A program made the position numbers and the translations under genes. Below the pieces are notes generated by a model. The model did not search any database. It was not told the DNA's origin and saw nothing but the letters and a program-made list of their open reading frames with translations. 64,000 nucleotides of DNA, from NCBI RefSeq assembly GCF_964204645.1, contig NC_134030.1, forward strand, positions 5,312,778-5,376,777, in the 5' to 3' direction. Below, piece after piece: positions 1 to 14,900 of this stretch; the stretch's first letter is position 1, and each line of letters starts with the position of its first letter. The stretch comes from Tubulanus polymorphus. Lineage: Eukaryota; Animalia; Nemertea.

Positions 1-3000
1 CATGAATGCATCAACGTTCTCGGTTTTCTGTTAGCAGAAGATAAAAGGATCGATAGCTCTTCAACTGGTTTTCACTAACGTTTTAATCTTTAGTTTGATA
101 TACGTGACGCGCAGTTCTTCAGTCATCCCATCAGCCATGTTGATGCTGTGTAGGTTACCGCGCACAGCCACACGGATGACTGTCCTCTTATTCCACGTGA
201 AACCTTTCATGTAACCTACCCATAAATCCTGTGTCTGTGATTTATACTCGCAAATTACGTTCTCGGATCCGCGTTGGCGCGCGGCATATTATTGTACGGG
301 CCTTTTTGCATTGACGACGTATAGTTTCTGAATTAGCTCCCCAATGAGCCATCCAATCTAGATTTTCTTTGTGTTATTTTTAATTCGTCGACTTCGAAAT
401 AGTCCCAGTAGTTCTCCGAGCGAAATGTGCTACGTAATAGCGCTCTTATTCCGACGTCTAGTCCGCGTCACGCGATAGAACAGAAACGTCAACACTACTT
501 GTTCAAAATAACTTCGCATTATATACTGTCGATGATTTTTCATACCTTTAAACGCTAGCACAGCGTTAACGGTCTCGAAAACAGCACACACCTTTTGACA
601 ATACGCAAAAACATCTATTCTACGGCTATAATTCAATTCATTATCAATTGATTATAGCAGTGCGATGTATATACGCAAATACAGCACAAACACGCGGGTA
701 TTTTATGACTTATTACGGTCGTTATTTAAGGTTCTAAACTGGCGCTATTAAAGCCTTGTTTGATTGCATCTTTATTGCACACATATTTAACCTCGCCCAT
801 AAACTGTCACGATTCGTGTCTCCTCTTCACAAATTATAACATCCATATTGGAATGATTTGTGGCGACGGTTAACACGAAGCATCGATAGATAGATAGAGA
901 GAGAGGGATCGAGGGTGTTGCCGGCTATGTTGGCTGGATTTGACCGGGCGTCCAAAGGCATTAACTTCATCTTATTAGAATATCCATATAATACCTCATA
1001 ATGGCCAAATCTGGTATTAATCTAGGAGCCCATTATGGAAGCTTCCATCTAACTGATTATAGGTTAGATTGATTGATACTGTTCTGGCTGCAGCTGATAC
1101 GTATCTTTCGTCCACTGATGCAAAACTGGTGGGTTCGACCCCAGTCTCGGTATTAAGCTTAAACTGGTCTTATTTCTTGGGATAAGTCGCCGAACTTATG
1201 GTTATTACCTTAGATCTCGCCTGTGGAACTTAGTTCCCAGGGTGATTTGTCTGGACCGGTTCGTTGATTGGAATTCCTCGTTATTGTAACCAGGTTGGTC
1301 GACGCGCTGGAATGACCATTGCTCCGTCACACAACATGGCAACTGACGATCGAGAAATTTAATTAGTGGTCATTCATTATTCACCGAGTTGTCTAATTGA
1401 ACTTCTGGAGACTTCGGAGAATGTGTAATGATGAAGAATTTCGAACAAAAGAAAGTATCGAACGATTGTTTCATCGTGACGTGTCAGAAGTGTTTTCAAT
1501 TGCCCCGACAAATGTTTTCAAACACAGTAGCATGTTACTGGTATTTGAGTTTGAATACGACACGTGTTTGAAAACATGAAGCTTTGTTGCACCGGTCGCA
1601 CCTCTTGTTCGCGTCCTCGAAGTACGCGTGCGCGCGCCCGACCGTCGACAGCTTTTCAACGGCGTTCGTTCAACGCGCCGTTTCATCGGTAAAAACGAGG
1701 AATCGATATCGACGTGGTGAACGAAACGACGATTTACGGCGCTCGATTTCATAATATTCCGATCGCGGAATTTGCCAATAAATCAATCGCGAGAATCACC
1801 GAAACACTGGCTGGCGCGCGAGAGGCTGATTTACGAGTAGCGAGTACAAATCAGCGGTTTATCCAGTACGTTGTAACGAACCGGCTGAGATAAAGCGTTT
1901 CATCAGTAACTTCAATATGGGAATATGAGTCTTCATCTTTATCCCATTAAAACAAATCTCTTTCTCCTTCACAAATGATTTCATATTCTTATTGAAAATG
2001 AAATATATCGACAAATAGCGTAGTGTTTGTATTTGCAAATGTAAATGTAATGTGCATTTGAAACCTTCGCATCTAGAGCGATATTAGCGATATAAAAAAT
2101 CTTCCTAAGCTGGCCAATGCGCATTACTTGTTAGTACTGTTAGATATATGAATTCTTATCTCCAGCTTCGTCAGAAAGCCGAAAACGTGGTAGCTACGAT
2201 CACGTTCTTTGATATCATTAGTTTCTGAGAATATCAAACAATTCCTTATCAAGTCGTTCAACCGGCTTTTCCCGACGAGCGTGGCCGATCATTGTCGGTC
2301 AATAACGAACTCAGATTTCCATCCACCAGTCGACTAGCCGACTCGTTCGACGAAGCCGGATTAATAGTTTTAAAGATTAAGCACCGCCGACTTAATCCAG
2401 TCGCTGATGCACAAACGTGCAGACAACTGTTGATCAGTTATGCGAGTCTTTTGTCGGTCGTAAAACAAAGAGCTAACCGGACTCCGGAGAGCAGTTCAGA
2501 GGATCATATCTCGTTTTAAAAAGAATCATTAGAGAAGCATCCGGCATATGGATCAAAAAGGAGTCATCGTATTTGATGTCTGGTAATGGACCAGTTGATT
2601 TACGATGCTGCAACGCATGAAACAGTGCGAGCGTGGTTTTTTTCCTCCGATAATGCTAGGGCCTAACTGAACTACATGCTTACTCGGGAAGATGCGGGTT
2701 TTTGGTGGCTGTTTGTTTTGATAATTTACGACACCTAGCAGTGTCTTATTTACAGAAAAATATCCACAATCGTCATAAGGTCACGTCGGGCTCAGCACTC
2801 CCACGATTTTTGTTTTTGTACATTGCGGTAGGTATCTTCACATCATTATAAGAAGCTGGTCCATAATAATTTGAGGCATTCTTCGGAAGTCTTTAGATGT
2901 CTAGCAATTTAACCGTTTTGTCCACACTGGTGGAATAGTTGTTAGTCAAAAAGTGCCGTCCGTTGCAATGCGATTTTTCATGTGTTAAATTTGAAGAAAA

Positions 3001-5439
3001 CCTTCCAGCGCCGAACCATCATGTTTCATCTGACCAGACTCGCTGACCGATCAGGCAAAATGGCAAACACGTTTTCGCACGAATCATCTCCGGACAAACC
3101 CGTGATTGCGATTGTGAATTTATGAATTTCTTTAATTAGCGCAGACATTTTGATTACGCGCATTAGAAGTTAATAATTGATATCGCGGTCCGATGCAGAT
3201 TAGCGAGATTGCCATTTTACGTGTTTCGTACCGCGGCGACGGTCAATCGTGATGAATTATGCAGAAAAATGACCACTTCGATGCCGCATCGAATTCATGC
3301 GTGCGTACGCCCTTTCAATCCACGCAGCTATCTGCTATGAATTGCTGAGGATTTTTTTGGGTGAATTTGCTTATCATGAAATGAGTGCTTCATAGATCGA
3401 TTGAAGAGTTGAAGAGTTTCTTAGTTTATTTCGACAGCGTTCCCTTTAAAACCTAACTTTATTACGATACGGTAAATCGCAATGAATGGATCCGTGAAGA
3501 GTTGTTTAAAACGTCGGATCGTTACAACTGTTAATGTTCTCCCGGCGGGGTACGTAACGTCACCTTTCGCTAGAAAGTTTAGATGCAAGATGGCGACACG
3601 GTTCACGCCGTTGTCGGGAGTGATGTTGTGAGGAAACCTTGCGCAGAAACTCTCATAGTCCGAGTGAGTCACTCTTCATTCCACCTCTCGCAGTCTGAAT
3701 CATCTTCTCAGAGAATAAGCATACATTATTGCCGAGGAAACTGCGGTATGTCGACCTCTTCAAAATTGATGGCTGCGACATTCGGGATTTCTGACCAACG
3801 AAACAGTTCGAGTTTTACTTATCGTTTTATTACCGAGGAGATTTCTCGAAACAGAGATTACGTTTTCTCGGGAATCCGCCACCTACGTGACCTTAGCTAG
3901 CCTTGCCGCATACGCGTGGCCTTGGCGGTCTAATTGAACAATAAATCGGCCCCATTTCCGGCAAAGAATCATGCTTATACGACATTTCATTCAATTGCTG
4001 AATGTTTACTTTATTCCCGTTGACAATATTTTTAATTAAAACTCGCAACGGCGCGAGATCTAATTCCGGGGAGATCGCTACGTCGCCGCTGTATATATCG
4101 ACTGGATATTTATGGGTTCGAACTGTCGAATTTGAACCCGATTAAACTCAATTAACCGATGAGTTATTAATTTCGCCGGACCATCATCGCATTTAGATCC
4201 GTCGAAACGGCGACGACGGCTGAAAACGAACGCGACGCGAAAGAAAACGACGGCAGCATTTTCGGTTCGTGCGCGCGGATTTCGCCTCGTAATATAGACG
4301 ACCGTTTCAATAAAATATTGCGTTCGTTTTAAAAGCTTTCGGTCTGACTGGCGCTCCGGCGTAATAACTCACGTAATAACTCAAATTCGAATATAAAAAT
4401 CGCAACCTGCAATTATCGAGTTTGCGCTCAATTTTCGGACCAGGTTTGATGGCGGTTAGCGTGCGCGTGTTATTACGTTATTAGAGCCGGGCATTAAATT
4501 AGCAATTTAGCGACGTAGACAGAATCAGTTGACAGCCACTGCCGGTCGACGTTTGGTGCGCACTAGTTAGCGAGACTTGGGTCATCTCATGTCCATGCAA
4601 ATTACCCGGCAGTCGAAGCTCGACGAAATGACGTGAGAAACCGACACTAAAAAGTATTCATTTGCAGAAAAATGTCGTTTTGCCGTCGTTCGGGCGTTGT
4701 TTAACGACATATCAGACCACTTATCGACATTTCAGCGCGAATCTGTTAAACATGCCACCGTTGTCGATTACAAGAAGCACCCGCTTAATGGGAAGATAGC
4801 CGGGCCTAATTGGAATTCGACGTAAATCTAACGACTCGTCCGTGGACTCTAATTAGGGAAAAATGCCCGAAATTAGAATAATTTGTTTTATGGCCTGGTT
4901 ATTGAATCGGTTACCTTCCTGGTGATTCGACGTTCGTTTAGATTTTCCTCGCCTCTGGCACATTTAGCGCTATCGCATCTATACGAAACGAAGAAAAAGG
5001 TTGGCGGGAAGACCGGCCGGGAAGTGTGAATCCCCGTCGGCGGTTTGATCAAAGATTCGGCCAGCTTTGATGTCGTCGGCCATAAACGGCCATTGCAATA
5101 GAATATATGACCTGAATTCATTTAAATCTCTTTAACCGGTGGGGGATCCATGTTGGGCCATCGTGACAATGGCCGAAGCAGACTCTGTCCAAGGGCAATT
5201 TCGATTTTATTGCCCATCATTTTGACACGCTGTAGAGATTCCACTGGTACCAGCCCCTTGGTATCATTGAATTTTATATTTCTAGTATATTTTTGACGCT
5301 TGGAACCAAATTAGTTCTATGATTCACCATGATTCCGATAGAATTGTCTCGAAGTTGTTGACATTTTTTAATAATTATGTAAAATGTTTAAAAAATGAGC
5401 TCATGAATGTAATAACATGTTTTTATTTTGTCTTTACAG

Positions 5440-5699
5440 AGCCTCGGCAGCGGAAGAAACGAAAGCCGTACACGCGGTATCAGACGATGGTGCTTGAGAA
5501 TGAATTTATCAACAACTCTTACATCACCAGACAAAAGCGCTGGGAAATCTCGTGTAAGCTGCACCTCACCGAACGCCAGGTGAAAGTGTGGTTCCAAAAC
5601 CGGCGCATGAAACGCAAGAAAATCAATTCCAGATCGAAAATCAAGAATGAACTGGATCATCATCAAATGACCAACGTGCAGGGCACGTGTCCGACATAA
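5440..5699 (+). CDS. Post2: Post2 (spiralian posterior Hox), final homeobox-containing exon; 5' coding exon(s) not seen in window
   Basis: Acceptor ttttattttgtctttacAG ends at 5439 (phase 1). Homeodomain at 5448-5627, [58 protein letters not shown], has the Post2-diagnostic [16 protein letters not shown] and [14 protein letters not shown]. Stop TAA at 5697-5699. Confidence 0.96.
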
Positions 5700-6324
5700 C
5701 AATGCAATGGATTTTTGTACGTGGGTTTCGTTCTTTTTTTGTGAATTGAATTGAATTGATATGGTGTTTGTCCACTATCGCTGCTGCCACTGCTGCCCGC
5801 GCTACTGCTGCAAAACCGAACCGGAAACTCTGAGTTCAGACATTAAAGCCGGAAGTGCAATTACCAACGCGGCCGAGCCGCGCTAAGCAGTCGTCGTTTG
5901 TAAACCGTACAAACTAAAGAAACCAAATGGCAGCTTTTGTCCAATCGCGTTCGTTGTACGAACGTTAAACGAAGTAACTCTGATGAAAGTCGAACCGCGA
6001 GGAGGTTTGGATATTGTCACCGTGTGGGTAGGAATCGGCATTACCCGTACATGCCGCATCCTCGCGCTTATCAGTACGAAGTACAAGAGCGTATATAAAT
6101 ATGCCTAGATGAAACCGGTGACAACATTAAACAAAATCAATGGACCATGACAACACGTGATCACATTTTGATCACGTGTCTCTCTGTATATTACAGTACT
6201 GTTTACGTACAATCACGTGCTTTTTCCGGTAACTGTTTATAATAAGCGTCACATATCGTCGTCATCTCATCATTAAAACAAGACCGAGGCTATCTGCCAG
6301 CAGTTGAATCTGATTCCGCAGTTT

Positions 6325-6427
6325 GAGACCAAGTTAACTCTTCCACAAATCGTGGTTTTAGAATAAACTCTCAGGTTAGATGAATTGAAAATGAACTTTT
6401 AAACTTTTAAATCTGTGGACCGGCTCA
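6325..6427. mobile_element. Decayed relative of the 31073 MITE inside the Post2 3'UTR
   Basis: TTCCACA...TGTGGA remnant termini and an internal ATTGAAAATGAACT (6384-6397) identical to 31105-31118. Confidence 0.45.
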
Positions 6428-8955
6428 AAATGTGTATTTAGAGTCAGATTTCAACTCTTAACCTTGGCGCTGGGCCATATTTATGTAAATTGGGCAGGAA
6501 TTATTTTGGTCAGGTGTAGGTGTAGGTTTTGCAGTATGTATGTTTTATTCGTCTCGTAGGATGAACTAAATATTAGATGAAATAATATAACATTCGACAC
6601 TAGACTTGTTCGTAATAAAACGAGTCGGAGGTTCAGCTTGATAGTTGTGAACAAACACGGTTTTACTTTCAATGCATTCAAATTATTTATTGGATGAAAC
6701 GGATTTGGAATATTTTCTCACTGTGTAAAAAGAAACTGTGTTTAAAAACAAAAACAGCTTTTTTTACGAATTTTGTCACAATTTTTACGTTGATATACGA
6801 AAATTGATTTTCAAGTTTTTTTTTATAAATTGTACTGAAACGTTCTTTGCATTTTGCATCTCTGTGCTACGTTATGTCATGTTAGAACCATATACGAAAG
6901 ATCTAATCATATGCGTGAGAATATTCCAAGAATCGGCAAGTATTTGAAATCAGATTTCTTATATACTTTTGTTTTGTAAAAATCCATAATTTCTAGTCAA
7001 AATTCACCTATCTATTTCCATGACATGAGTCGGGTGTCCTTTGTTCTTGGTATCATCCCAGATAATCTAGAAAATGGCCCTTTCTCATTCAATAAAGAAA
7101 ATCATAACGTAATATATATACATATGTATACATATACAATATAACGGCCCGGTCCCACAACGAAGGACATGATTCCAGATTATTAGTTAATTAATTTAAA
7201 CAATTCGCAGGTCTGATGAACAAGAGCGAATCGACAGAAATACATAACGACAATCGTTGTTGCGGGTGCGGATACAAAGCAATCCCATTCCGGCGAATGG
7301 CCTACATGAAATAATAGATCCCAAGTCGCGCAATAAAACCTCGGAATATGTTCTATTATAGCCGTCATTATAGACCAGGTCCGAGGCGATCTTGTCTTTG
7401 GGCAAATAACGTTCTTGACTTATATGGAGAATTTGCGCCGCCGTCATAAACAACAAGCCAGTGTCAGCTAATGACGTAGTGTGTCATCATCTTGAGATAT
7501 TCTTAAGAGATTACATAAGATTCCTTTTTTTGAAATGGTTGCTTTTATAGCTAGGAAAGTTCGTTAAGACTCGACTTACTGGAAGCTCAGTTACCCGGTC
7601 GAATGCTGATGTCCAAAATTGAAAACTTATGAACCAAGATGACTAGTTCTAAATATGTAGGTCTTTATTGCGCAACTGGCCCGAAGAGTTTGTATATCGA
7701 TGCAACATTCATATGTACGTAAACGAATTTCTAAGTCGAATAATTCAGGACCAGTGCTTACGTTCGTCAGGTTTACGTTTGAATACATGTTTTTAGAAAT
7801 TTTCAGAATTTAACATTTGTAAAAATCGAAGAGTAAGCTGTCTGTCGTTTGTACCTACGGCTTCTTCGTAACGAACCAGGAGCTCTGAGGTAGTGTGATT
7901 TCTGCGCCATTTACGAGGCCTTCGGGAACGCGCTTTGGTTTGTCTGAAATCGAGGGAATTCGCCGGGCAAATTAAGACAGATACTCGCGCGTTGTTCTTC
8001 GCCTGATTTGAAATCGCACAGGACCCGTCGACGTGTCGTGTTCTAACTCGGTGTCAGCTAATGAATATGCTCGTTTAAAACAACTGACGCTTGTGTCTTC
8101 TCCTCCAGAGAAAAATCTCTGCGCTACCGAACAGTGGCAGCTAGAGTCGACGCCGTTCGGGGATTCGAGACTCGGCGAACAGTGTCAGTCGACAGGTCTT
8201 GTCCATTTCAAATCCAATTCTTTTTGTCCTTTCTACAGAGTACATGACCTTTTACGAGCGTATTAGAATATATACAAAACTTTTAACGATAAAATTTTCG
8301 GGCGTCATTTGAACTTAAGGGTAGTTCTGATATGAAAGTCTTATGAACTGTTTTTCGCTGGTTCATTCCCGGCTTAATGTTGTTGTACCAATTCATTCGC
8401 ATCGGAGTCTATCTATGCTACCAAAAGCGCTGTTCCTATCTAAAGATATTAAAACTATCGTCATTTTTTCTTGCCGCAAGTCACTGTAAATAAACAGAAT
8501 ACGTTTATTTTTATGTAATATATAGAGATAGATATATAACTGAATTAATGCCGTGTTCTACCTCAGTACCAGAAGCACCACGTGCACCATCACAGTTTAG
8601 GGAACATGGGCTTTTATCGAATCCGGCACCAGTATAGAGCGTTTAGTCGTGACCTTGACCTTGATATTGCGTCGACGCACGACAACCAATCAAAAACGAA
8701 GCTGATATCAATTTGAACTCGTTTTTGTCCGCATGAAAAGCGTTGATAAATATGAATTCCGTGTTGTAAATGATTTTATTTTTTGTTCTGTACATTATAG
8801 TAAATATATATATGATATGGTGCAGCGCAGGTATACATTTTATTGATACATATTACATATATGTATATTGTACGGTCAATTTTCATACTCATACGCATTA
8901 TTGTACATTTTTTCTGTTGGAGATCAAATTTGTCTGTGTCCAAGTAAAAGAAAAT

Positions 8956-8961
8956 AATAAA
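8956..8961 (+). terminator. Likely distal poly(A) signal of Post2 (3'UTR ~5700-8985)
   Basis: AATAAA ends a long AU-rich, TGTA-rich tract and is followed by U-rich sequence. More proximal AATAAAs exist (e.g. 6362). Confidence 0.5.
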
Positions 8962-11900
8962 TGTTGATTTTTATACATATAAAATACGTGAAATTCATTC
9001 TCATGTTTTTGCCGGATTTCTTCGTGAAATAAGCTCGGACGACCGCTAATGGGATTCGAACCGCCGAGGATATCCCGGAATCAGCACCAAAACAACGTCT
9101 GATTTACACATATCTGGAAATGAATTCATAGTTATTCCCTATAGAGACTATTTTCATCGAATTGTCGTAAGTAATGACGCTGCATATACATTACACCGCT
9201 TGGCATTATATGCACTATCTATTTACGACGGAATTCTCCGGTTTTACATATCGAAAAAAAAGATATCAATACACATCATTACATAAGTGACAGTACCCGA
9301 TGACACGGCGGTGACACGAGCTATAAAATCCAAGGATTTATCAGCCAACAGACACAATACGTGTGTACAGAATTAGTTCTAAATGATCGTAAAACCGCGA
9401 TCGTCGTCGATGGATATTAATACGGGAATGTATCAGATCGTCTGTGCTAGACATCAGGGGCTGATTTAGGGTCGGGTTATCGTGCGTGTCCAGCTGTGTC
9501 GTCGCATCGGGACACGAACTTACATTTCTAATCAAACAGCCCACGCCTACCAGTGTCTGCTTTATATAACTTATCAACTAGAGACTTTTGTCTTAAAGAA
9601 GGGCCAGACTTTATCGCATTAGCGTCTTGTCTCGTCCATGACCTAGAATTACGTTAAGCATTATCTGACTGGTTCGGGAAATAACAGGAAGAAAGAAGTC
9701 AAATGATCGTAACGTTTCGTCGCTACGGACTTAGTTTTAAAGACGGGTCAGTTTCGCATCAGTTTGTACATCACACAGATAACAACCGATGAACACGCAT
9801 TATTGCCAACCATGCTTATCGCGAGCGTCACAAACGGCGATTTAATGAATTTTAACGACAGAAACTAGCGACTCTTCCACAGTTCAAAGCTCGTAATTTA
9901 TTGCCATTTCACGTGAATATCATTCGCTAAACTGTCGTCTCGTGTAAAAGTGTCGGCGGTTTTCCATTAGCGAAATAAAATCGCAATAAATTTCACTATG
10001 CTCGGATCGCGATTGCTGAGGCGATAGATTGTTGTCGTTATATATAGAGTTTCATTTAGTTTTATGGCGCGTTCACGCTCAGTGATTTGTTAATTGTTTA
10101 ATGTCGTGTCAATTAACCTTCGTTTGATACAGTTTATAAGTTAATGTATCCGTCCCTTCTTTGCACCAATGCTTAATAATGAATGTACCGCGTTAACCGC
10201 CCCCGAATTCAAACCGTGTGAACATTTTACATCGCATATCGATTTCGGAACGAAGGCTCTCGGTGAAATTCTCAAATAACATCGTGATATCTTACTTATC
10301 GTTCTACTCGTCTTCACGGGATTTCCCAATTGAGACTTGGCATCGTTTTCAAGATTGAATCTTCGCATGGTTCTGTCCGTCGTTTCTAAAACGCTAATGC
10401 ACTGCCAGGTGGTTTGAACCGTCGGGCATCGATGAAAAATTTACGACGACTATTGAACTACAATAGAACGTGCCATTTGTTTTCTAATTTTGGATTTCTG
10501 TATTAATCTTAAATACGGTCGATTTTATGACCGAATTTTATGGTTTTATTGTACCCTAAATTCGCCCCCTTTGTCAATGCAACATATGACTGTTGGTTTA
10601 GAGCTCCTGTAGTTTTGCTGCGCTCTTTCTTTCACAAGGTTAAAGTTCGAGAACATCGGCGGGAATCGTGAAAGTTTATTGGTATTGCGTTTGCAAATTC
10701 CCCCCAAATAAGAATGAAATCTAAGACATTGTTAAAGTATAATGTAAAAGTAGAGAAAATTCGTAAAGTCTCCTCGAAACTATGTATGTTTTGAGCACAG
10801 ATTTGAGTAATTATCTTACAGTCTTTTTTTACTTTATCTTAGAACATCTTTTGTCACCAATCACTTTCTACTTCTATTTCTATTCATTTATGAATCGTGC
10901 ATCAGTTACATAAGCCGCGATCACATGGAGACGATATGGTCCAGGCCCGAGCCAAATTTGGCCCTTTCCTAATTAGAGAACCATTCACTCGATACTAAAC
11001 AATGCGTAAACAAAGTGATGTGAGTCACTTCCGGAACCTGTAGCAATTCTGACGCAATTATCTTATCCGTGCTAAGATTTGGCTGGGGCCTGATCCGGCG
11101 TTTTTGTTTGTGCAAAACAGGCACGGACCCATTTGGCACCCATATGAACAGTGTAGTCTCGGGGAAAGATCGGTCGTGTGATCGTGGCTGTAGATCTAAA
11201 CGCAACCGACCTGATCCGCGATAGAAGACGCCAGCAATACGACCATTTACGTAATATTTTCTCGCCGTTTTTAAACGGGTCGATGGAAAAGACGAATCGC
11301 TTTCAGCAGTCTGGCGACAAGTGACACATGTTTTGTGGCGAGCCGCTGATGTAAACGCCCGTGAGAGCTTGTTTAGTTTGACAGAAACGATTTATCTCTC
11401 ACTTAGCTTCGAAAGAAGTTGCGGAGAAATACCATCTCTACTCGATAGTCGACGATGCTATGATTCACTTACGAGTAATGTTCACTTCTATTCTGGCTGC
11501 TTGGTTTTCCCTTGAAGTAATCATTAACAAATGATTACTCGACAGTTCCCTCAAACTGTCACGAATTAATAAATAGAAAAGGGATGAATATATTAACTTT
11601 TGGTAACATTTATTCATTGCATTCACTCGATTGCTCTCTGATGATAGCCTGATTAGAATGACTGTAACGATGGTTTCATGTGAGAAAGTTTGACTAACAT
11701 CCTTGCGTATCTAGGCCTACTCTCATGGCGCAGCATTTCGTTAATTTGTGAGTTTTGGTTCGGGCAGAATGTAATAAGTGCTTTCGGCTTCGGAAGCGGC
11801 AAATCGGGGTATTTTTCACGCGTCTGATTGACAACATATCACCGAACATCAATGTCAACAAAACTATCATACGACGATTATAAGCAATGCTGGCTAATGA

Positions 11901-14900
11901 CATCATAACATAATAACAATTTAAACATACTAAACGCCAACAGTTATGGACGAAATATAGCCGTTTTACGTTCGATAGAAACATTAAAATGTCACTCGCT
12001 CTCTACCCATGCAGTGGTCGAATGAAAGAGGAGACCGTTTCTATACGTATAGCATCGTCGGTCAAGTCGTCGGCTAATGGCGGGCTTTATAGCGTTATAA
12101 CGACTCCATGTCCATAAAACGGACGTATATATCAATTTGACAGGTCGTTATTCGCGGGCTGATGACCAGAATCCGGTCGACACGATCCGAACGCCAATCG
12201 GGGTTAGACGGTATCTATGGCCGATGATTACCATTATTGAACACGATACACTCAAGCCGCTACTAAAAAGGCGTTCATGGCCCAACTTCTGTTAGCGATG
12301 GGCAGGGGTGGTATAAACCAACTCGTCAATTCGGGGTTTATGAGTTCAAAAAGTTCATTGCAGCAGAGTTACATCTATGATGTTTCTTTCTCTGACCTTG
12401 CGCTGGAAAATAACCTCAATTTTGTTTATAAATGCCCCGAATATGCGAACGTTCATCCTACCGAAGGTATAATATCTACGCTGCTACAAATAGCGACCAA
12501 TTAATATTTTTTCGAGCTCAATTCACTTTTGGGATATGGCCAGGTAGTAATGCATGAATATTCCAAAAATTCATTCGAAAGTTCGCTGATATTCGGCGCT
12601 GGTTTTTACATTCAATAACGCGCTTGAAGTGTCAACCGTCGTCGTAAAATTGATTGTCGAACGTCTTTAATTGATTTACATCGCGGCTCATAAATTAAAC
12701 TCAACCGAAACGGAAACCGTGGCGGGGTCATTCGGTACAAACCTGTAGTAAATCGTCGTTTGGGTTTCGAATAGGTCGCCGGGGAGGAGTAAAAATTAAC
12801 TTAACTACACGGAGTTTGAAACATTCATCGGCGCACTCGGTGCTTATCCTCGTGCGCACGGAAGCAACCGGTAGCCAGTGACGAGTTCGATTTAATTATG
12901 GCGTCAATTCGTGCCCAGAATGGAAGCGATTTGAAAATATTTGCTTTCAATTAGCCAATCTTGTAGGGTCTAGAAAAAAAACTTCATTTGTTTCAGGGTA
13001 TACAAATAAAATGAACTTGGCGAATAACAATCGATTGAGTTGTGAGTTGTTTGTAGGTATCGATTGGAGATAAAGGTAAAACGCGTGGTTTGCAACAGCG
13101 TGAATAAATCCGTAAAACACGATGTTAACACTAGATTACGGATTCGGCTTCGAAGACCGGGTCAATCGGGTACAGCGCATCGAATCGGGATTTACGTTCT
13201 CTCGTTTTGTCTGTCACTGATTGCGAATCTCGTAGAGAGAAGCACCAAGATGAACTGACCCATGAGCCACGAGCAATGAAGAAGAGAGATACGTTTTGTG
13301 TTCGGCTCGACATACACACTTGGGATCTCGTTAATTCACTTGATTTCCATTAATCGAGCAACACGAATGAAGGTCACCGTGGCCTACCTGCTTCCGGTCA
13401 GATTTACAGATATCGATACTGATTCACTCATAATAAACCTCAATTTCAATCATATTTCATAAATTCCTGAGAAATACGAAATTATTTCTAAATCCAGTCT
13501 AATTGTCCTTTTGAAGCGCCGAAGTGTCGAACTTAGAAAAAAAAGGTGTCGAGATTATCTTTATTATTATCAAATGTGCCAAAATCGAAACGGTGCCAGG
13601 AGACTCTAAGATATGAACCCATATCAACAGATCAAAGAAAAAGTCTGTTTGATCTGAATCTACGAAATGTATTCTGAAAGGGTTCACTCGGTACAAAACA
13701 TTAAAATCCCGGCGTTGCATTATTGTAATTGTTTTCATGGCCATTGGTGTTTTCAGGCGATATCATGGTCAATTTCGCGTCTGGTCTGTGTGTTTTGTCT
13801 AAAAGATGTCGAAGAACCATAACAAAATCCGCCAGCTCATCGTTCGTCTTCAAGCACATTATTTCAATCTTTTTTTGCAAAATAAAAGCGGAAGTTATTA
13901 CTTTCAATGATCTCAAAAATCTTAAAAATGTTTATACACTTTCACTAAGGCAGAGATAAAGCATTTGGTTCTGATTGTCGGAAACATCTTTATTCTTAAA
14001 ACTCGCTTTTTACGAATCTAATAAAAAGTAAGTGTCAAATGAGCAGTTTCGATATCTATTCTGAGGAAATATGTCGTTTAATGATTATGTAGAAACATGA
14101 GATTCGTGACTTTTGTTGTGACCTTCAATTACTATCGCACAGTCTTCAATGCAATTCACGTTTGTATTTTAGTGACTCCGTTGCGTGCAATCGTCGACGC
14201 TCGCATCCCCTCACCGATCACCGGGGCGTCTGACGCCTCGCGTTAAGCCGGTCGCCGTTTGAATATTTTGTCGCGGTTAAACGGTGCAAAATGATAATCG
14301 ATCGGTTACTAATTATAGGGCTCAAACACCAGTAGCCGTCCATCCATTCAAGTAAGTACGTGCAACGTTTATGACGTTAGATTGACTACGGCGTTATGCG
14401 GGGCGCATAGCCGCATCGCGCGAGGAGAGCACGTAATGCTATTGTTTTCTGACTATTCCACGAAGGCTTCGTTTCGACTGGGCTGTTGCCGCTGATTTAT
14501 AGGCTTGTACTCAGCGACGTCGCATCAGTAAACACCAGCGTTCACGCTCCACGATCCACACAGGTGTGTTCTGATCTGATAAAAAACATTTTCCAATAAC
14601 TACCATCGATTCAAATTTGTTCGTACTACAAATAATAGACCGTTCTTAATTACGTTTATTTAAGGCATTTATTGATCTAATTAGTAAAAATACTTGAATA
14701 CGGAAATATTTTGGTCTCAGATACGGGCTCGAACCCACCGACGCGCGCGATCGCTGATGATGGTGACGTTTTGTGCGCGGAAACAAGTCTTGTTTTATCA
14801 CAACAACAAACCATTACAACAGACCTATACTATTGGGTATTAAAACCTAGCTGATTTATACCAATGTACCGAATGGCACTCGTTTTAAATTCTCGGAACA

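Noticed and set aside
5319-5439. N-terminal extensions of the ORF-track homeobox ORFs (also 36120-36177, 55575-55641)
   Set aside because: Intronic polypyrimidine/acceptor sequence read in frame.
5388-5702. Antisense ORFs over homeoboxes/exons (also 34164-34460, 36224-36427, 55581-55844) and the alternative-frame ORF 51857-52327
   Set aside because: Shadow ORFs of real coding exons; no recognisable domains.
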